Shown: positions 14,031 through 28,910, numbered from the stretch's first letter. The stretch: DNA of 64,000 nucleotides from Chrysomallon squamiferum (GCA_012295275.1 CM022676.1:9920001-9984000), one strand, 5' to 3'. Made by a program: numbers and translations. Notes: generated from the sequence alone by a model not told the origin.

Positions 14031-14664
14031 GTGTATATAATCAGAAGGACTAATTGATGGAAGAAAGGCAGAGTATGATGAAAAAAAGAAATGAAGGAGG
14101 GAATGATTAAATTGAAGAATTAAAAGAAAGGAAGAATAAAAGAAATTATGATTATTCACACTTGAAATGTGTATGATTCAAGGGCATTGGTTAATGGGTT
14201 AAGGGCAAATAACAAAAAAAAAAAAAAAAGGCATTAAGGTATGCTTGTCGTGGTTACAAACTCTTGACCCGGCTGTGCAGTAATCTTGATATGAAATCCA
14301 CAGCCATGTGGTATTGTTTGTATTTTATAAACACCTTCACCTGAATACATCAGTGTCTCCACTCTCGGCTCTGATTGTGAACACTTGCGAGGCACTTGTC
14401 TCAGCCTGTCACCAAATTACACACTCCACAACACCACTGGTCAGTGCTGGACATGCCGGTCAGCCCCAGGCAGTGGACCTCCTGGCTCTGATCAATGACT
14501 TTGTGGTTGTTCCAGGCGTCTGTTAGAAATCTTTGATCCACAATCAAACTGTTAATCTCTGGCTGCATGACTGAACCAAGCTGCTTTTACATCCCGTTTT
14601 AGTTCTGTGTGAGTAAATAAAGATCTCTTCACTTCACATGACGATTTGCACTGGTTTCACAGCA

Positions 14665-15110
14665 ATTTACTGTAGGCATAAAAGAAAAAAATATATCTTA
14701 TGAGCTCTTGTTTTCATAACAGTTACTTTAGGCAGAAAATAAGATAAATATCTTGTGGGGAATTTTTTTCAAAATAATTACCACAGACATTAAATAAAAA
14801 AATATGTTGTATTGGCAACTGTTTTCAATGTAATTACTGTAGGCATAAAATATAACTTACAGGAAATTGTTGATGTAATAACAAAATAATTGCTGTAGAC
14901 ATAAAATTAAATAAACGTATAACTTACAGGAAATTGTTTTTCAAAATAATCACTGAAGGCAGAAAATAAAAAAGTTATTTCGTGGGTGTTTATATGTTAA
15001 AAATAATTTCTTTATCTAATAGGCTCAAAATAATAAAAATACATAATGATATGGGCAATTGTGTTAAAAATACTTACTGTAGACATGTAATAAAATGTGT
15101 ATGTTACAGG
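14665..15110. repeat. Degenerate tandem repeat
   Basis: Recurrent 'aattactgtaggcataaaa...aacttacaggaaattgtt' blocks. Confidence 0.6.
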
Positions 15111-15958
15111 TGATTGTTAATTAGTGTCAGTTTACGTCTGATCATGTATTACGTGAATTATTAAAATTGTTATGTCACTGGGTTGATTAATCAGTTTGTC
15201 CTTAGTTGTTAAAAAGGATGCTGCTCAGAAGATGTTACAGCTGATTGTTTGTTATGAAAATTATGCTACAGTATAGAATTACGAAAAATATGTTGCTGGT
15301 GCATTACTTCAGGTATATTATGGGTAATCATTTAATTTGTAAAGTATAATGAGTTCAGTTAATAAGTATGGAGAACGCATTATTCTGTTAATTATTAAAA
15401 ATAGGTTACTGCAGTATTAGTGTTTATGGAAAAGACATTAAAGCAATTATTTTATTATCAAAGTATGGGAAGTATGAATCTCATTTTCACAAACTGCACG
15501 AGCATAAACTGTGATAATTTATAGTCAGATATTGCGTGTTGGAAATGTATATTATCATGCTTTAACAAATAACATCTGTAATTATGCACATTACTGTAAA
15601 TTATAAGAGGTTAATTTACAGACAATACTTTAAGGAGGAAATTGTTAATTGTCGTCATTATACAATTTTACAATATTGTTCCTGCCAGTTGATTGTGGGT
15701 TATGGTAAGTTAAAGTGACATTGTATAATACATTTAATACAAGAAACATGTAGTATCAAATAATCTGCATATTGATCCACTGATATATATTAACTGTATA
15801 TCATTCATATATATATACATTTGTGTGTGTATATATAGACACACACATACATACATACATATTTACAGACACACATGCAAACACACACACACACACAGAT
15901 ATATATATACACACACACACATACATATACATATATATATATACTCACATAAATATAC

Positions 15959-15991
<33 letters not shown>

Positions 15992-16005
15992 CACACATAT
16001 ACACA

Positions 16006-16263
16006 CATAAACAAATATTAAAAAATAGACCTTTAACGTGGGTATTTGTATAAGATCTAAGCTATGTAGATAGAGATATAGATATACACTTAAAATTATT
16101 TATAGTTAATACATATTACTGCATAATCTATATACTGATTCAGGACAAATCCATTAAAAATGTGAACAAGATGAATCTATAAGCACATAATCTATATATC
16201 TACATAGCTTAGATCTTGTACAAATACCCACGTTAAAGGTCTATTTTTTAATATTTGTTTATG
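16006..16263. repeat. Near-perfect ~70-bp inverted repeat with ~115-bp spacer
   Basis: cataaacaaatattaaaaaatagacctttaacgtgggtatttgtataagatctaagctatgtagata, with its reverse complement ending at 16263 (one substitution in the core). Confidence 0.85.
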
Positions 16264-17771
16264 GATATAGAGTAATGTACAGATGTATATTAAATACATA
16301 TTTTTTCAGCATTCATGGATACCATACATTGCACATACTCACACATACATCATACATGAAAACACACACTCACCATATACACTCACACTCACATTTATAT
16401 AAAATAAACATTAACTTGTATGCAGATGTATAGACTAAATAATTTAAACCAAATATTTTTAAGATGTTTCATTTACTATTACAATATCTATTCTATACAT
16501 ATGATAAACACACTGACACAAACAAATACTACTAACAATTCTGCATTATCTGTATTTATAAATAAACAGAATGTACCTATTAACACTACATAATGACATT
16601 TTCTCACTTACAAAGAATGGGCTTTACCTGTTCAGGTTGTAATTACACCACTTCAAATTTCAAATAGAGCACACCTGAGCACATTATCTGATTTTAACAA
16701 TGAAGAAAGGAAAGAAAAAAATAAATCTTCGGAAACATCTTTCTGTGAAGAAAGCAAAAAAACCATCAGAAATACCTGTCAATGAATTTACACACCTTTT
16801 TTTTTTTTTTTTTTTTTTTTTTTATCTTTTTAATGGGTTTTTTTTTTTTTTTTTTTTTTAAATGCAGGCATATAATTCTTAACATACTCGGCAGATATAA
16901 AACACTGTTTACTTTTCTGTTACCTTTGTACACCTTTGAAACCTCCCCTGGTCGTCTTTAGTACCTAACAGTGTATGTATAAATTACAGGTGACATTTTT
17001 ATACAGGTAATTCTGAATTATGGACCAAGGACTTGAATGGTAGGGTACCTGGTTGTATTTGCTCTGTATTCAGAGTTGTATAATAGAAAGTTTTGTACCA
17101 AATGCTATTCATGGAGGAGGGGTTTTGCACATGTTCAAATTTACTCTGTATAAATACACTTGAAACACCAAAATAAATATTGTCCATAAGGATTTTGACA
17201 GATATAAAATTTGTTCTGTCTACAAATAGAGATAAAAAATTACAGAGAAAGGCGAAAGATGGGAGTTTTAAAATTTTACTTTCTTTTGCATTGACTAATA
17301 CACCTTATGAAAAACTTGTACAAGATTTTGAAAATTCAAATTTGCTTTGAAGTAACAGATATAAAATAATGTACTGAAAATTGTTTGCAGAGGATTTTGA
17401 AAATTAACTTTTTTTTTTTTTTTTTTTTTGATAAAACCATATGAAAAGGTATACAGAACAAAATTTTGAAAATACAAATTTAACATGAAGTAATGAATTA
17501 TAAAATGACATTCAAAAATTGTAAAGCATTTTGAGACTTTTAATTCAGTTTTGTTTTTATTTCAGATTATTCTTTGAAGTAATGGATACAAAATAATATT
17601 TTTAAAAATGTGTGTAGAAAATATTTAACTTTGTTCTGCATATTCATAAATATATGAAAACTCTTATAAACAACAAAATTATGAAGTTTCAGATTTGCTC
17701 TATGGTAATGCATACAAAATGCCGAACTAAAAATTATCCATCTTCATAAATTTACTGTATGAGAACTTCTA

Positions 17772-17825
<54 letters not shown>

Positions 17826-18224
17826 TAATAAAAAATTAAAAAATAAATTTAGTTTTCAAATTAACAAATTAACCATGGTCTGTTGGGCATCTTGTTGCAG
17901 TTTTTTCTGCATTTATTACAAAGTATATACATATAGTTTCAAATTAAAAACATACAGTATAAATCTGCACACTGCTATTTTACCATGTATCAGATTTGCT
18001 TTACAGTTCACAGACATATAAAAAGTCTTAAAGACTTTTTTCGCAGGCAGTTTTCAGAATTGGCCTCTGTTACTGATGTTGCCAAAAGCTACAAGAGCAA
18101 CCCATATTGTTAAGTAGCAGCAAGAAATCTTTTTCTATACTTATCATACAGGATCTTATGCTTGGGCTTGTCTAGAAAAAGCTTTCTTTTGATGCTGAAT
18201 ATTGAATAGAATATGGTGAGTGAG

Positions 18225-18700
18225 TGCAACAAGGGTGTGTTGCCCTCACAGTGATAATAATGTATCTTGACCTTGTTTTGATTCAGAATCTTGTGCTCCT
18301 CTTGGATGAGAAATAACATACGAAGAAAACAGCATATACAATGTTTTAGTACAGAATTTTATTACTGTAGCAAGGGTTCTTTTATATTCATTGCTTCCCC
18401 CAACCACAGAGTGATGATAAAATACCTTGACCTGTGAATCATTGGTTAGAATGGGAAATACAGTGTGAAGAATAAAGCATGCAAGTTTGATGCAAACATG
18501 TTACTATATAATTATATATAAGGTATATTGTATATGGATAGCTTGACCTTTGATGAGGAATGTTGAAATGGAATATAAGACAAAGACAAAGAAGCATAAA
18601 CTCTTGATGCACAATTTTATTATTGCAATAATAAGGAACTTTTTTACAGCACTCCCCACCCCCATATATCCATAATAACACATCTTGACCCTTTGTATTC
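18225..18700 (-). mobile_element. Decayed SINE-like fragments (up to three partial copies)
   Basis: 'agcaagggttcttttatattca..ccacagagtgatgataaaataccttgacct' at ~18370, with weaker relatives at ~18225 and ~18630. Resembles, from memory, the antisense core of a gastropod tRNA-SINE. Confidence 0.4.
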
Positions 18701-19124
18701 TGCACTGGTTGGAACGGCAAAAAACCCCACAATAAGATGGTTGTACACAGACCCCCAGAATCAATAAGAAATGTTTTTATTGCTTTTTGTTCAGGCATGT
18801 TTCAACAGCCTTCCTTGTGAATGTTTTTCAGAAAGAGTTTGTGTCTCAATAAAAACCACTGAGGCTTGAAATCTACAAACGGCCCAAAAGATCTGTTGCT
18901 GAGTGTGTTGTCGCTGTTAACACGGGAATGTTCCGGTAAAAACTTCACATCGTCAGTCACACGATTGGCGATAATGTACGAATGTCAAACCAGTGTAAAT
19001 GAATAAACTTGTTGAAGTTGGCTGGTTAATTATAAAAAAATATATAAAATAAATAAAAATAAATAAAAATATTTGTCTGGGTGATTAATCACCTGGCAGA
19101 ATTGTGACTCTTAAGGAGGATGTT

Positions 19125-20035
19125 GTGTTTAAACATGATATCCCAGTCTTGCCTCCAGTAAAGAGCTGATATTTGTTTTCTTTTCTTCTTGTTTTTTATT
19201 TTAAATTTTAAAAAAATGTTATACTGCAAGTCTCATCATCTTATAAGATTGCAAGTGTTACGTAATGAGTAAACGTGATATCTCGATCTTGCCTCCTCCA
19301 ACAAGGAGCACATGTTTTTGGTTACAAATATAATCTGAAATATTTAACCATCTGTCATTAACTTCAGACTCATCAACCTATAAAAAAATAATTTTAGCTC
19401 CAGGGAAACATTGTTGTGTAATGTGTTAACTTAATACCTCGATCCTCATTTAAAAAAATAAGCTCAAGTGTTTTGTGACAGGTTTAAAGTTATGGTTATC
19501 CATCTTTTCTTAGTACCTTATTCAGTTTCATCAAATCAAACGCTTTTGACTTCTAAGTAAGATAATGTATTAACTTGATATCCCAATCTAACTTCCGTTG
19601 AGGAGCTTGTTTTTGTTTATAAATATAACAGTTATAATGTATCATGTTCTGATTCCTCGACAGATACTGTAATTTAAAAAACAAAATTGATACCAAGGAA
19701 GATGTTACAATTTAATGATGTGTAATGTAAACTTGATATCCCATTCTTAATTATGGGTATAAGATTATGGTAAATGTTTAACAATCTGCTGTCAATAGCT
19801 TGTTCATTCTCATCAACACTTCTGTTGCAAGTGAAATGTTTTAGGTGAAGAGAAAACCTGATATCCCAATCCTGCCACCAACAAAGAACACATGGTTTTT
19901 TCGTCATGGTTACAAAGTTAATGAAAAAGGTTTACCCATCTTCTGCCAGTACGTCTTCAGCTTTAGGCTCCAAGGAAGATGTTATGAGTAAAACGTGATA
20001 TCCCAACAATGAGCTTACGCTTTCTGTCCTGGATA
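19125..20035. repeat. Old ~145-bp tandem array, ~7 diverged copies
   Basis: Anchor 'aac(t/g)tgatatccca.tct' at about 19133, 19273, 19428, 19572, 19730, 19855 and 19992. Confidence 0.7.
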
Positions 20036-20084
20036 TAGAATTACTACATAACTTTATCCATCATTAACCATTAGTGTGTTCAAT

Positions 20085-20205
20085 CAGTGGCATGTCTCCC
20101 TACTGGTAAGCACATGCCAGATGAATGGGCAGGTCACGAGATCGAACCCCACTGGTTCACCCTTTAACCCATTAGTCGATTAATCAACTTATAACTGGTA
20201 TATGT
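20085..20205 (+). mobile_element. Degenerate tRNA-derived SINE head
   Basis: 'gtggc...actggtaagcac...ggtcacgagatcgaacccc' has A-box/B-box-like spacing but no cloverleaf. Confidence 0.4.
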
Positions 20206-21129
20206 CAATACAGATATATTTTTTAATAATTACGGAAACTTACCCAATGAGTAATAATAGCGCTTAATGTCTTCTTTCAAAGCTGATTGAGAAAAGATAA
20301 ATGCTGATCATCTGTTAACTGTTACTATAGGCTCATTGTGTTTGTTCATAGCCAAATAGGTCGGAGGTCAAATAAAGAATGTACGAAATGGGCAAACTGA
20401 CAAGTAATAGAATAATTCAATCTACCAGCAGAGAAGTTTTATTATTTCCTTTCTGAGTTGATTTTCACACAGTCTGAATTCATATTCATGTTAGTCATAT
20501 GACGAAATAAGCAAATGTTATTGAAAAATATATCATCCTCCAAGTTATATTTGAGTTCCATGCTCAAGACTATATATTAATCATATTTCTTATAATTTAC
20601 TTAACTACATGTTGCTTAAGCATAACTCTTTCACTGTGTATTCAAATCGGATTTCTGATATTTGATTTAACTGGGTATAACTTACTTACATCTCTTGTAC
20701 ATAAATTAGTTCAGGATAGAGTAAATGTAATGTGCCTAGTTATGAAGGCTATTTTATGTACAGACTAATTTATGAAAAAGTAGGTGGTTTGTACTGTCAT
20801 GAATGTGGAAAGGTTTTTGGAAGAATGTGTAGGGTAATGACAGAAGGTTAGTAGAACAAGTGAATTGTATCCACCGAGTTTCAAAATTATTTCCTTCAAG
20901 ACTATTCAATATCTGTGGTATGTACTGCCCTGACTGTGAAAAAAATATAATAATAACTGATAGCATGATGATAGAATAGTTCTGTAAAGTTTAATTAATC
21001 CTCTTCAGTAAAATCTTTAATTTTCATCTATAGTTATTGTTAAATGTCTCCTAAAGGCTTTGGCAGCTGTTGGGTATTATTTACAGGATGTATACTGACA
21101 GTTTTTTTTTACTTGGATTGTTCCATTAA

Positions 21130-21725
21130 GTTAAAATAGAAGATTGGTCTTTGGAATGTACAATAAGGCAATGATAGAAGGTTGATCTTTGGAATATCCA
21201 ATGAAATATCTGAAGATCTTTGGAACGTCCAGGACAGTAATTAGAGATTATGTTTGTCTTTTGAGGTAATTCTGAGGTAGTGAGAGAAGGCAGATATTTC
21301 CAATGTCCAGTGACATAATCATAGAAGATTGGTCTTTGGAATGTTGAATAAGGTAATAATATATGGTTTGTCTTTGGTTTAGCTGATGAAGTAATAATAG
21401 AAGGTTGTTCTATGGAATCTCCAATAAGGTCATGATAGAAAGTTGTTCTTTGAAATGTCCAGTAAGATAATGATGTAAAGATGGGCTTTGAAATGCTGTA
21501 TGATGGTTTGTCTTAGGAATATCTAATGAAGCAGTGTTAAAGGTTTGTCTCTCTGCAGTGTCCAGTGAGATGATTAGAGAAGGTTCTTCTTTGTAGTGTT
21601 CAGGGAGGTGATGCTAGATACATCTTTGAAATGTCCAGTAAGATAATGATATGTTGTTTTTTGTTGACCTCAGAAGTAATGAGAGAAAGTTGCTCTTCAA
21701 ACTGTCCAAGGGTGTAATGATGGTT
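21130..21725. repeat. Degenerate ~38-bp minisatellite
   Basis: Consensus roughly 'tgatagaaggttggtctttggaatgtccagtaaggtaa', about 15 diverged copies. Confidence 0.75.
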
Positions 21726-22264
21726 GGTTGGCACTTAACTAATCAGCTCATTTCACCATCCCAACCAATGCTTTATGACGGCTATAATATCAAATAGCAA
21801 GGCAAGTCTAATAAACAGTAGTATAGTGATAGAAAGTTAGCAGACCAAGATTAACTTGTCAGATGGTTTCGTTTACAGCAGATTAACTTTATTTTTAATG
21901 TGTGACTTATTAATTGGGCGTCACTGAAACACAATCATATGAAGAGATCATAAATATCATTTTTGAGAAAAATCTCAGTTTACTAAGTTTAATGTACTTT
22001 TTTTTGATTTCCCCACATATTATCTATGCAACATTGCATTTTACGACCATATTTACTCGTCACAAGTCAATGAAACTTGTTCAGGATTCACTCAGAGGTG
22101 AAATGTAATGTCTACCAACCAGAGTATTGAGTTATTACGTCTGCTTGCCAATTGGGTACATTTCTTTGTTTGAACTCTGGCCTCATCGACTTCAGTACAA
22201 ATTATTTTTTTTTTGTGTTTTGTTCGAGGCTGAATGTTATTTTTTTTTGTCTGTTGTAATTTAG

Positions 22265-22273
22265 GAAGTTCAG
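22265..22273 (+). other. Candidate 9-nt leader microexon
   Basis: Pyrimidine tract, then tttag|GAAGTTCAG|gtgagt (consensus donor). Confidence 0.3.
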
Positions 22274-23287
22274 GTGAGTGTTATGGCTTATCCGCTGGTA
22301 ATATCAAAGACGCAAAGGCATGATGGATGTACTGTTTTTTATTTTTAAGTTCTTCAGGGGTTTTTTTAGGGTGTTTTTTTATTGTTGTTTTAAAAGATAC
22401 TTCGAAATATATAGTGTATTTTTTACCTCTTTTTTTAAAAATATACTTTTTTTTATTTTTTTTTTACCATGAAAGCTATTACTGAGGAACTAATAGATTT
22501 GAATTTTGTAAATTTGCTATGAAACAAGTTTTACTTGCGCGCGCATGTGTGTGTGTGTGTGTGTGTGTGTTTGAACAATATATAAACAACATTCATTTAC
22601 TTGTTTTTATCACATATTTTGTCATTACAATTATTACTTTTGTTTGAACATTTCTTCAGCGCTTAAAACTTTTTTTTTTTCTTTTATACATTTTCCTTTT
22701 GTCCTTTTTCATTACTAATATTTTTATGTGATAACATTTTTTAAAATGCATAAAACAGATTACATATCCTACTGTTTTTTTTTTTCTATAACCAAAGATA
22801 TTCATTTTACTTGTGTTTTAATTTTTTTTTACAGATTTGATTATATTTTTATACTCTCTGCTGCAAAACCACTTAAAAACAATGGAATTATTTACAACAC
22901 TGTCAGAGATTGGATAGCTCATTATAAGTTGTTGGCAACTGACAATATAATTATATATTATACAAGCACCTGGGTATTATGAAAAATATATTTAACAGGT
23001 ACGGCTATCGTTTTAGTTGTGCACAGTTTAATATGAGATATATGACATACACCACAATTGTTTTTATTATAACTGGTTTGGTATTTCAACTAACAGCAAT
23101 ATATACTTATATGTTTAATTAAAATGATGAAATATAAGTATGTAGATGTGTTTTATAATATTCTAAAATATTTTATTAGATAAAAAAATGTATACTGATT
23201 TATTTATTTTGTATATTTATTTCATTTCATTTTTTTTTACTCATTTATTTTTCTTTTCCATATCAAAGCAAAAAATGTGAGACACTG

Positions 23288-23316
23288 TATTATTATTACT
23301 GTTATTGTTATTTAGA

Positions 23317-23351
<35 letters not shown>

Positions 23352-23466
23352 TGTTATTATTATTATTATTATTATTATTAGTGTTATTATTGTTATTATT
23401 ATTATTATTACTGTTATTATTATTAGTGTTATTATTGTTGTTATTATTATTATTAGTGTTATTATT

Positions 23467-23497
<31 letters not shown>

Positions 23498-23520
23498 GTG
23501 TTATTATTATTATTATCAAT
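23288..23520. repeat. (ATT)n-type compound microsatellite
   Basis: TTA repeats with ctg/gtg interruptions; source of the poly-Ile/poly-Leu ORFs. Confidence 0.9.
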
Positions 23521-23953
23521 ACTTAAATGTTTTAACTTATTTTGTACATATTTTGCTTGTGATAGATAATAATACAGAACTGATTCATTACTAAAAACTT
23601 CATTATTGCTTTAATAAACTGCATGGTATGTGGTGCAGTGATTAAATAGAGCAGCCATTTCTCATACCTACTGCAGAAAGAATATATCTGACACCTGGTG
23701 ACTGTTAACAAAGTGTTAATAATAATGTTAAAATTCAAATGTTAAATTAAAAATAAAACATTAATAAAACCATGTTACTAGTATTAACAATAAAATGATA
23801 ATAATTTTGTTAGAGTTAACTGTCGTTTGTTAATAAGAAAAAAAATTTAAGTGTTAATAATGAAATGTTAACAAATGTTAATAATAAAGTTTTAATAATA
23901 AAACTGACATATTCTGTGATATACCTTGAAGGACACACACACACACACACACA

Positions 23954-23985
<32 letters not shown>

Positions 23986-24290
23986 ACAGACACACACAAG
24001 TGCCCAACACCCAGTGGTGTTATACAACTATCTCTTGTGTAATAACATGAGTATTTGTTAACACAGCATTATTATGAAACTTACCACAGTGACACCTCTT
24101 TATTACCTCTCGCATTGAACATGGGGCATTATTTCAAATGCATATTGTCAGTTTAGAGAGACTGTCTCATAAATTATTTTACAAACAGTATTTATTATAT
24201 TATTTCTGCTACAGTTATAAAACGTAGTTGTGTTATATATTTCCATAATCACCTCTCTCATATACTTAAGTATTCAGTAGTTTTATACTG

Positions 24291-24323
<33 letters not shown>

Positions 24324-25889
24324 ATGGATGTATTTATACACAAACACACACACTCAAGTACATGCATACACATGCACAAATACACTGTGAGGAAAACATT
24401 TACACACAAAGAAAGACAGACAAACAGTAAAAAAACACTCTCAAACAAATAGTTTCACAAGTTAAGGTCTGTGAAAATTCATTACTTGATTAGCCATGCC
24501 TTCATGAAATGGCTTTTTCACTTAAATAAATATTCACGGTTCACTTCATCTGCAGGCCAAACAAGATTAAAAACAAAGATATCAGAACAGAATTCTCTGT
24601 CAGTCTCTGGCATCAATAAAAATAAATATTCATCTTCTATGTTAATTTGCCTTAAAATAGTTTTCCTGTTTGTATTTCAGGTATGACCATAAAGATATGG
24701 CTCACACTTTCAAGGATAATTACTTGTTACCAAAACAGATAAATTAATAAATGCGCATAGACTGTACTTGAATGCTTGAATTTGATATTTGCTTGTTTAA
24801 TTTTGGAAATATTAAATGTTGTTATTGAGTTAGAAAATGTGTTAAAAACACATGAAATATTGCATTTCATACAGTAAAATATATGTTACTGTTGTTATTC
24901 GCGATATTGATCAAGAGTCTAAAAACATGTTTTTAATTAAACTGGGAAAATATATTAAATATTTTAAAATTAAGTATTGTACTATAATCAGTAATAATCT
25001 ATTATTTATTTAATTGTGTAAACAAATCTTTGAGTTTTTCATTTTTTTTTTGTTTTTCATTTGTTTTTCTTTTGTTTTTTTTTTCTTTTTTTTTTTTTTT
25101 TTGTGTGTGTGTGTGCTTATAATTTTTTAATCTACTACATTTTAAGCACAGCTGTTAGAGTGTGCAATTTTATGATATATGAAACAGAATGAACAGAAGT
25201 GGTTTATTTTGGGGTTTTTTGTTTTCTATTTTTAAGGCAAAAATACACCTTTGCAAGTAAATGCATGCAAATCTTTTGAATACCTGGTTGTTAAATGCGG
25301 ACAGTGTGGGTATAATAATTAATGTATTTCACTTCCCTCAGGGTAATATATATATATATATGAAGAAGCCATGCAGTTAAAATAAATTAAGAGATTTTTT
25401 TATTTCAGTGACTAAAACATTTTCCCAAGAGAATCAGTGTCTCATTGAGGAATTGTGTTACACAATGAAATAGTTTTTTAAAAATATAAAATTTCCTCTG
25501 TTTTTTTTGGTGAGTTAAACACCAATGACCCTGGACTCATTTATTGTGAAATTCAAATTTTTTAAAATTTTATTTAATGGTCTTTTTTTACTATTATTAT
25601 TATTATTATTTTTTTTTTTTGTTGTTTTTTTAATGGTTATTTTGCTATCATTTTCATGTGATAAGATTTGCCTGTTAAGTTCAGCTGGTATCCAGGTCAC
25701 ATTCACTGCAGCAGAGTATTAAATTAAATTAAATAAAAACTGAAAATTTAAAATTTCAATTGAAATGTGTAATAAAAATGAAGTTGTTTAGATGATCACA
25801 AATAAAGTATTCATTGTTGCAAATAGACGAAAAAAAAACAAAAAAATTTTTTTTAAAAAAAATGTGAAATAATTAATTTTATGTATCTA

Positions 25890-25935
<46 letters not shown>

Positions 25936-28429
25936 ATATCTATCTATATATATAAGACAGCCATTTACAGCAATGTTAACACTTGATTGTTATTATACTG
26001 ATCTTCATCGCTTCATTAGTGTATTTCAAGTTCCAAACAGCACCTCGTAAATTTATCATAGACACTGGTTATATAACTATTCTTAGATGTAATACAATAT
26101 TGGATGGAATAATCATCTTTTCATTGGTGAATATCCAATTCCAATCACTGAAATATATTTGTCATAAGAATTGTTCACAGTCCAAAAAACAATGATGAAT
26201 CAAATAGTGATGTTTTCATTCATTACATTTCTGGTTCCAACCATACAGATATATTTGTTGTTGGGTCTGTTTACAGTACTAACACACACACACACACAGA
26301 GTCACATTATCAACTAACAAACCAAAAAAACCTAAAACAAATAAACCCCCCAAAAAAAACACCCAAAAACCTGTTTATTTCAGCATCATGAATTCTATAA
26401 TATACAAACAGAACAACAACAACAACAAAAAAACTTTAACAACTTTGTATTGGCTTGATTAGAATCTGCACTTTCCCAGGCAAAAACAGCCTGAGGTCAG
26501 ATACAGTTGTTGTTTGACTTCTGCTGTATTGCTACTGATCTTATCTACAGTTGCCTGTGTCATACAAACATTTATTGCATGACTGATGTGAAAAATGTTT
26601 GGTTTTTTCCCCCATTGTAATTCTGGTGAAACTTAGTACTTCAGTTAATATCCAGAAGAAAAAAATATGTGTACGTCTTAGTGTTTGTATGTCTGTTTGC
26701 ACGTGTGTGTGTGTGTGTTGTTAATATTTACCTAGATGTTCAGTCCAGTTAAAAAAAAAACATTAAACAGTAGGAAAGAAAGATAAATGTATTGTAATTA
26801 CAGACCTGCTTGCCCATGCTTATTTTCTCAGTAAATGAATAATATTTATTTATTTAATTTATTTTATTTATTTATTTTATTTTTGTTTTTGTATGCTCTG
26901 TAGATAAAAAATAAATAATTTTGAATGACTATTGTAATATGGATGTGATCAGTTTTAGTTTGTGTAATTACTTGTGATATAAGCTGGACGTAAAAAATTA
27001 TCTAGTTTTACATACCTGTTGTAATATGAGCTTGCACAGACTTCTGTTTTTTCAACAAATGTGGAATTTCTATAATACGGGCTTGCCTAGAAGTCATTTT
27101 TCAAAAAAAAAAAAAGAATTACTTGTAATATGGGCTTGACAAGGTCTTTAGCTTCAGTTTTTAATCTGAGCTAAACGTAAAAAAATATTAAGTTTTATAA
27201 AAAAAAAAAAAAAAAAAAAAAAACTATTGTAAGGAATCATTCTAATACAGGACAGTTCAGGTTTTGAGTTTCTAATATGACCTCTATGTAAAAATGTTCA
27301 GTTAAGTGATACACTGTTAATGAAAGATATTTTTATTGGAGGTTTAATCTTGTTTATATGTAAATACACAGCAAATGCCTGGCCATCCAGATTCTTAATG
27401 TAGAGTAAACTGTAAACTAAGTCACATCTTTTAAAAACATCTTTGGCATATTCATTTTTCTTGTGGGTGCTCATGTTTTTGAGGAGAGGGTCATTGTTGT
27501 TTTGTTTTTATTTCCTCTTTCTATCTAAATATTAAGCATTTAAATTTTTAAATTATTTTTTCCTGTACATTTAATTAAATTTAAAAGGATTTTATTTTAT
27601 TTTTTTTTTTTTTTTTTTCTGTCATTTTTGTCATTCATATCATGCTGAAGTGTAGTAAAACATTCATTCATTCATTTTGGGGTTTTTTATGTTATAATAT
27701 TTATTTGTTTGCTGGTATTGATGAGTTTTTTGGGGTTTTTTCTGTTTTTTTTCATTTTTTTTAAAACTTTTTTATTCTTTCATTCATACATTTATTCATT
27801 ATTTTTTTCTATATTTTCTGGGGTTTTTTTTTTATTAGATTTTTTAAATTTATTATGAAAGTGGTCTGTTAGAGATGTATTATTACATTTTCCTGTAATA
27901 ATTTTTTTTTTTTTTTTTTTCTCTTATTTATCTCTCTGGGCAAGTTAATAATTGTTTCTTTCTTACCTTTCTTAAGAATTAATTTTACTTTATATTTTGA
28001 TTTGTAATTAATCTTTCTTTTTTTTCTCTCTTTTTTTTTTCGGAAATAAGATATTTGAATTAACTTTGATTTTTTTTTTTTTTCCTAAAGTCCTTATGGG
28101 GTTTTTTTTCCTCTGTTCCCCCCCCCACACTATTTTAGGAATGCTTATAACTGGTAATCAGATGAATTAAAATCAAAATCATTTAGATCTTTTAGAACAA
28201 AACACCAGTAATCCATTTGCCAAGCACTTATCCTCAACCAGATAGACATTATAATTTTTTTAAAATAATTTATGCACTTTCTGTTGCTTTAATATGAGTG
28301 GTCATTATGAAGGTAGTGTTTGCTTTGATAAATCTGGTGTCATTTCCTGGGTATAATGATTAAAAAAAAAATCAAAATGTCAGAAATGTTGATCACTGGG
28401 TTCATGAATGCAGGTCTTCATACAGAGTT

Positions 28430-28910
28430 TGAGAAAATCAGTAATCTGTTTAAAATTGTTAATTGAAATGACTGATATATGCTAGATTGAGAAAAACAAG
28501 TCATCATTTAAAATTATATTTATTGAAATGAATTACACATTTCAGATTGGGAAATATAAGTATTTATTTATTTATTAAATTGTTAACTGAAATGATTTAA
28601 ATATTTTATTTGGGGAAAAAATAAGTATTTTATTTATTTATTATTATGTTAATTAAAATGACATATATTTTATATTGGGAAAATTAAGTATTTATTTATT
28701 TTAAATAATGTTAACTGAAATGACTTAAGTATGTTAGATTGGAAAAAAAAAAATATTTATTTACTTAAAATTATTAACCCAAATATGTTACATTTTTTTC
28801 AAATTTGAAAAACTTAAAAAAAAAAAAAAAAAAAAAACATTATTTCTAATTATTTTTAATTCAAATAACTAACATAAATTTACATTGGGAAAAATAAATA
28901 TTTATTTAAA
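28430..28910. repeat. Degenerate ~65-bp tandem repeat
   Basis: Recurrent 'ttgttaactgaaatga...agattgggaaaa..aagtatttattta'. Confidence 0.65.

Noticed and set aside
20085-20205. tRNA gene
   Set aside because: Only degenerate A/B-box-like words and no cloverleaf; better explained as a SINE head.
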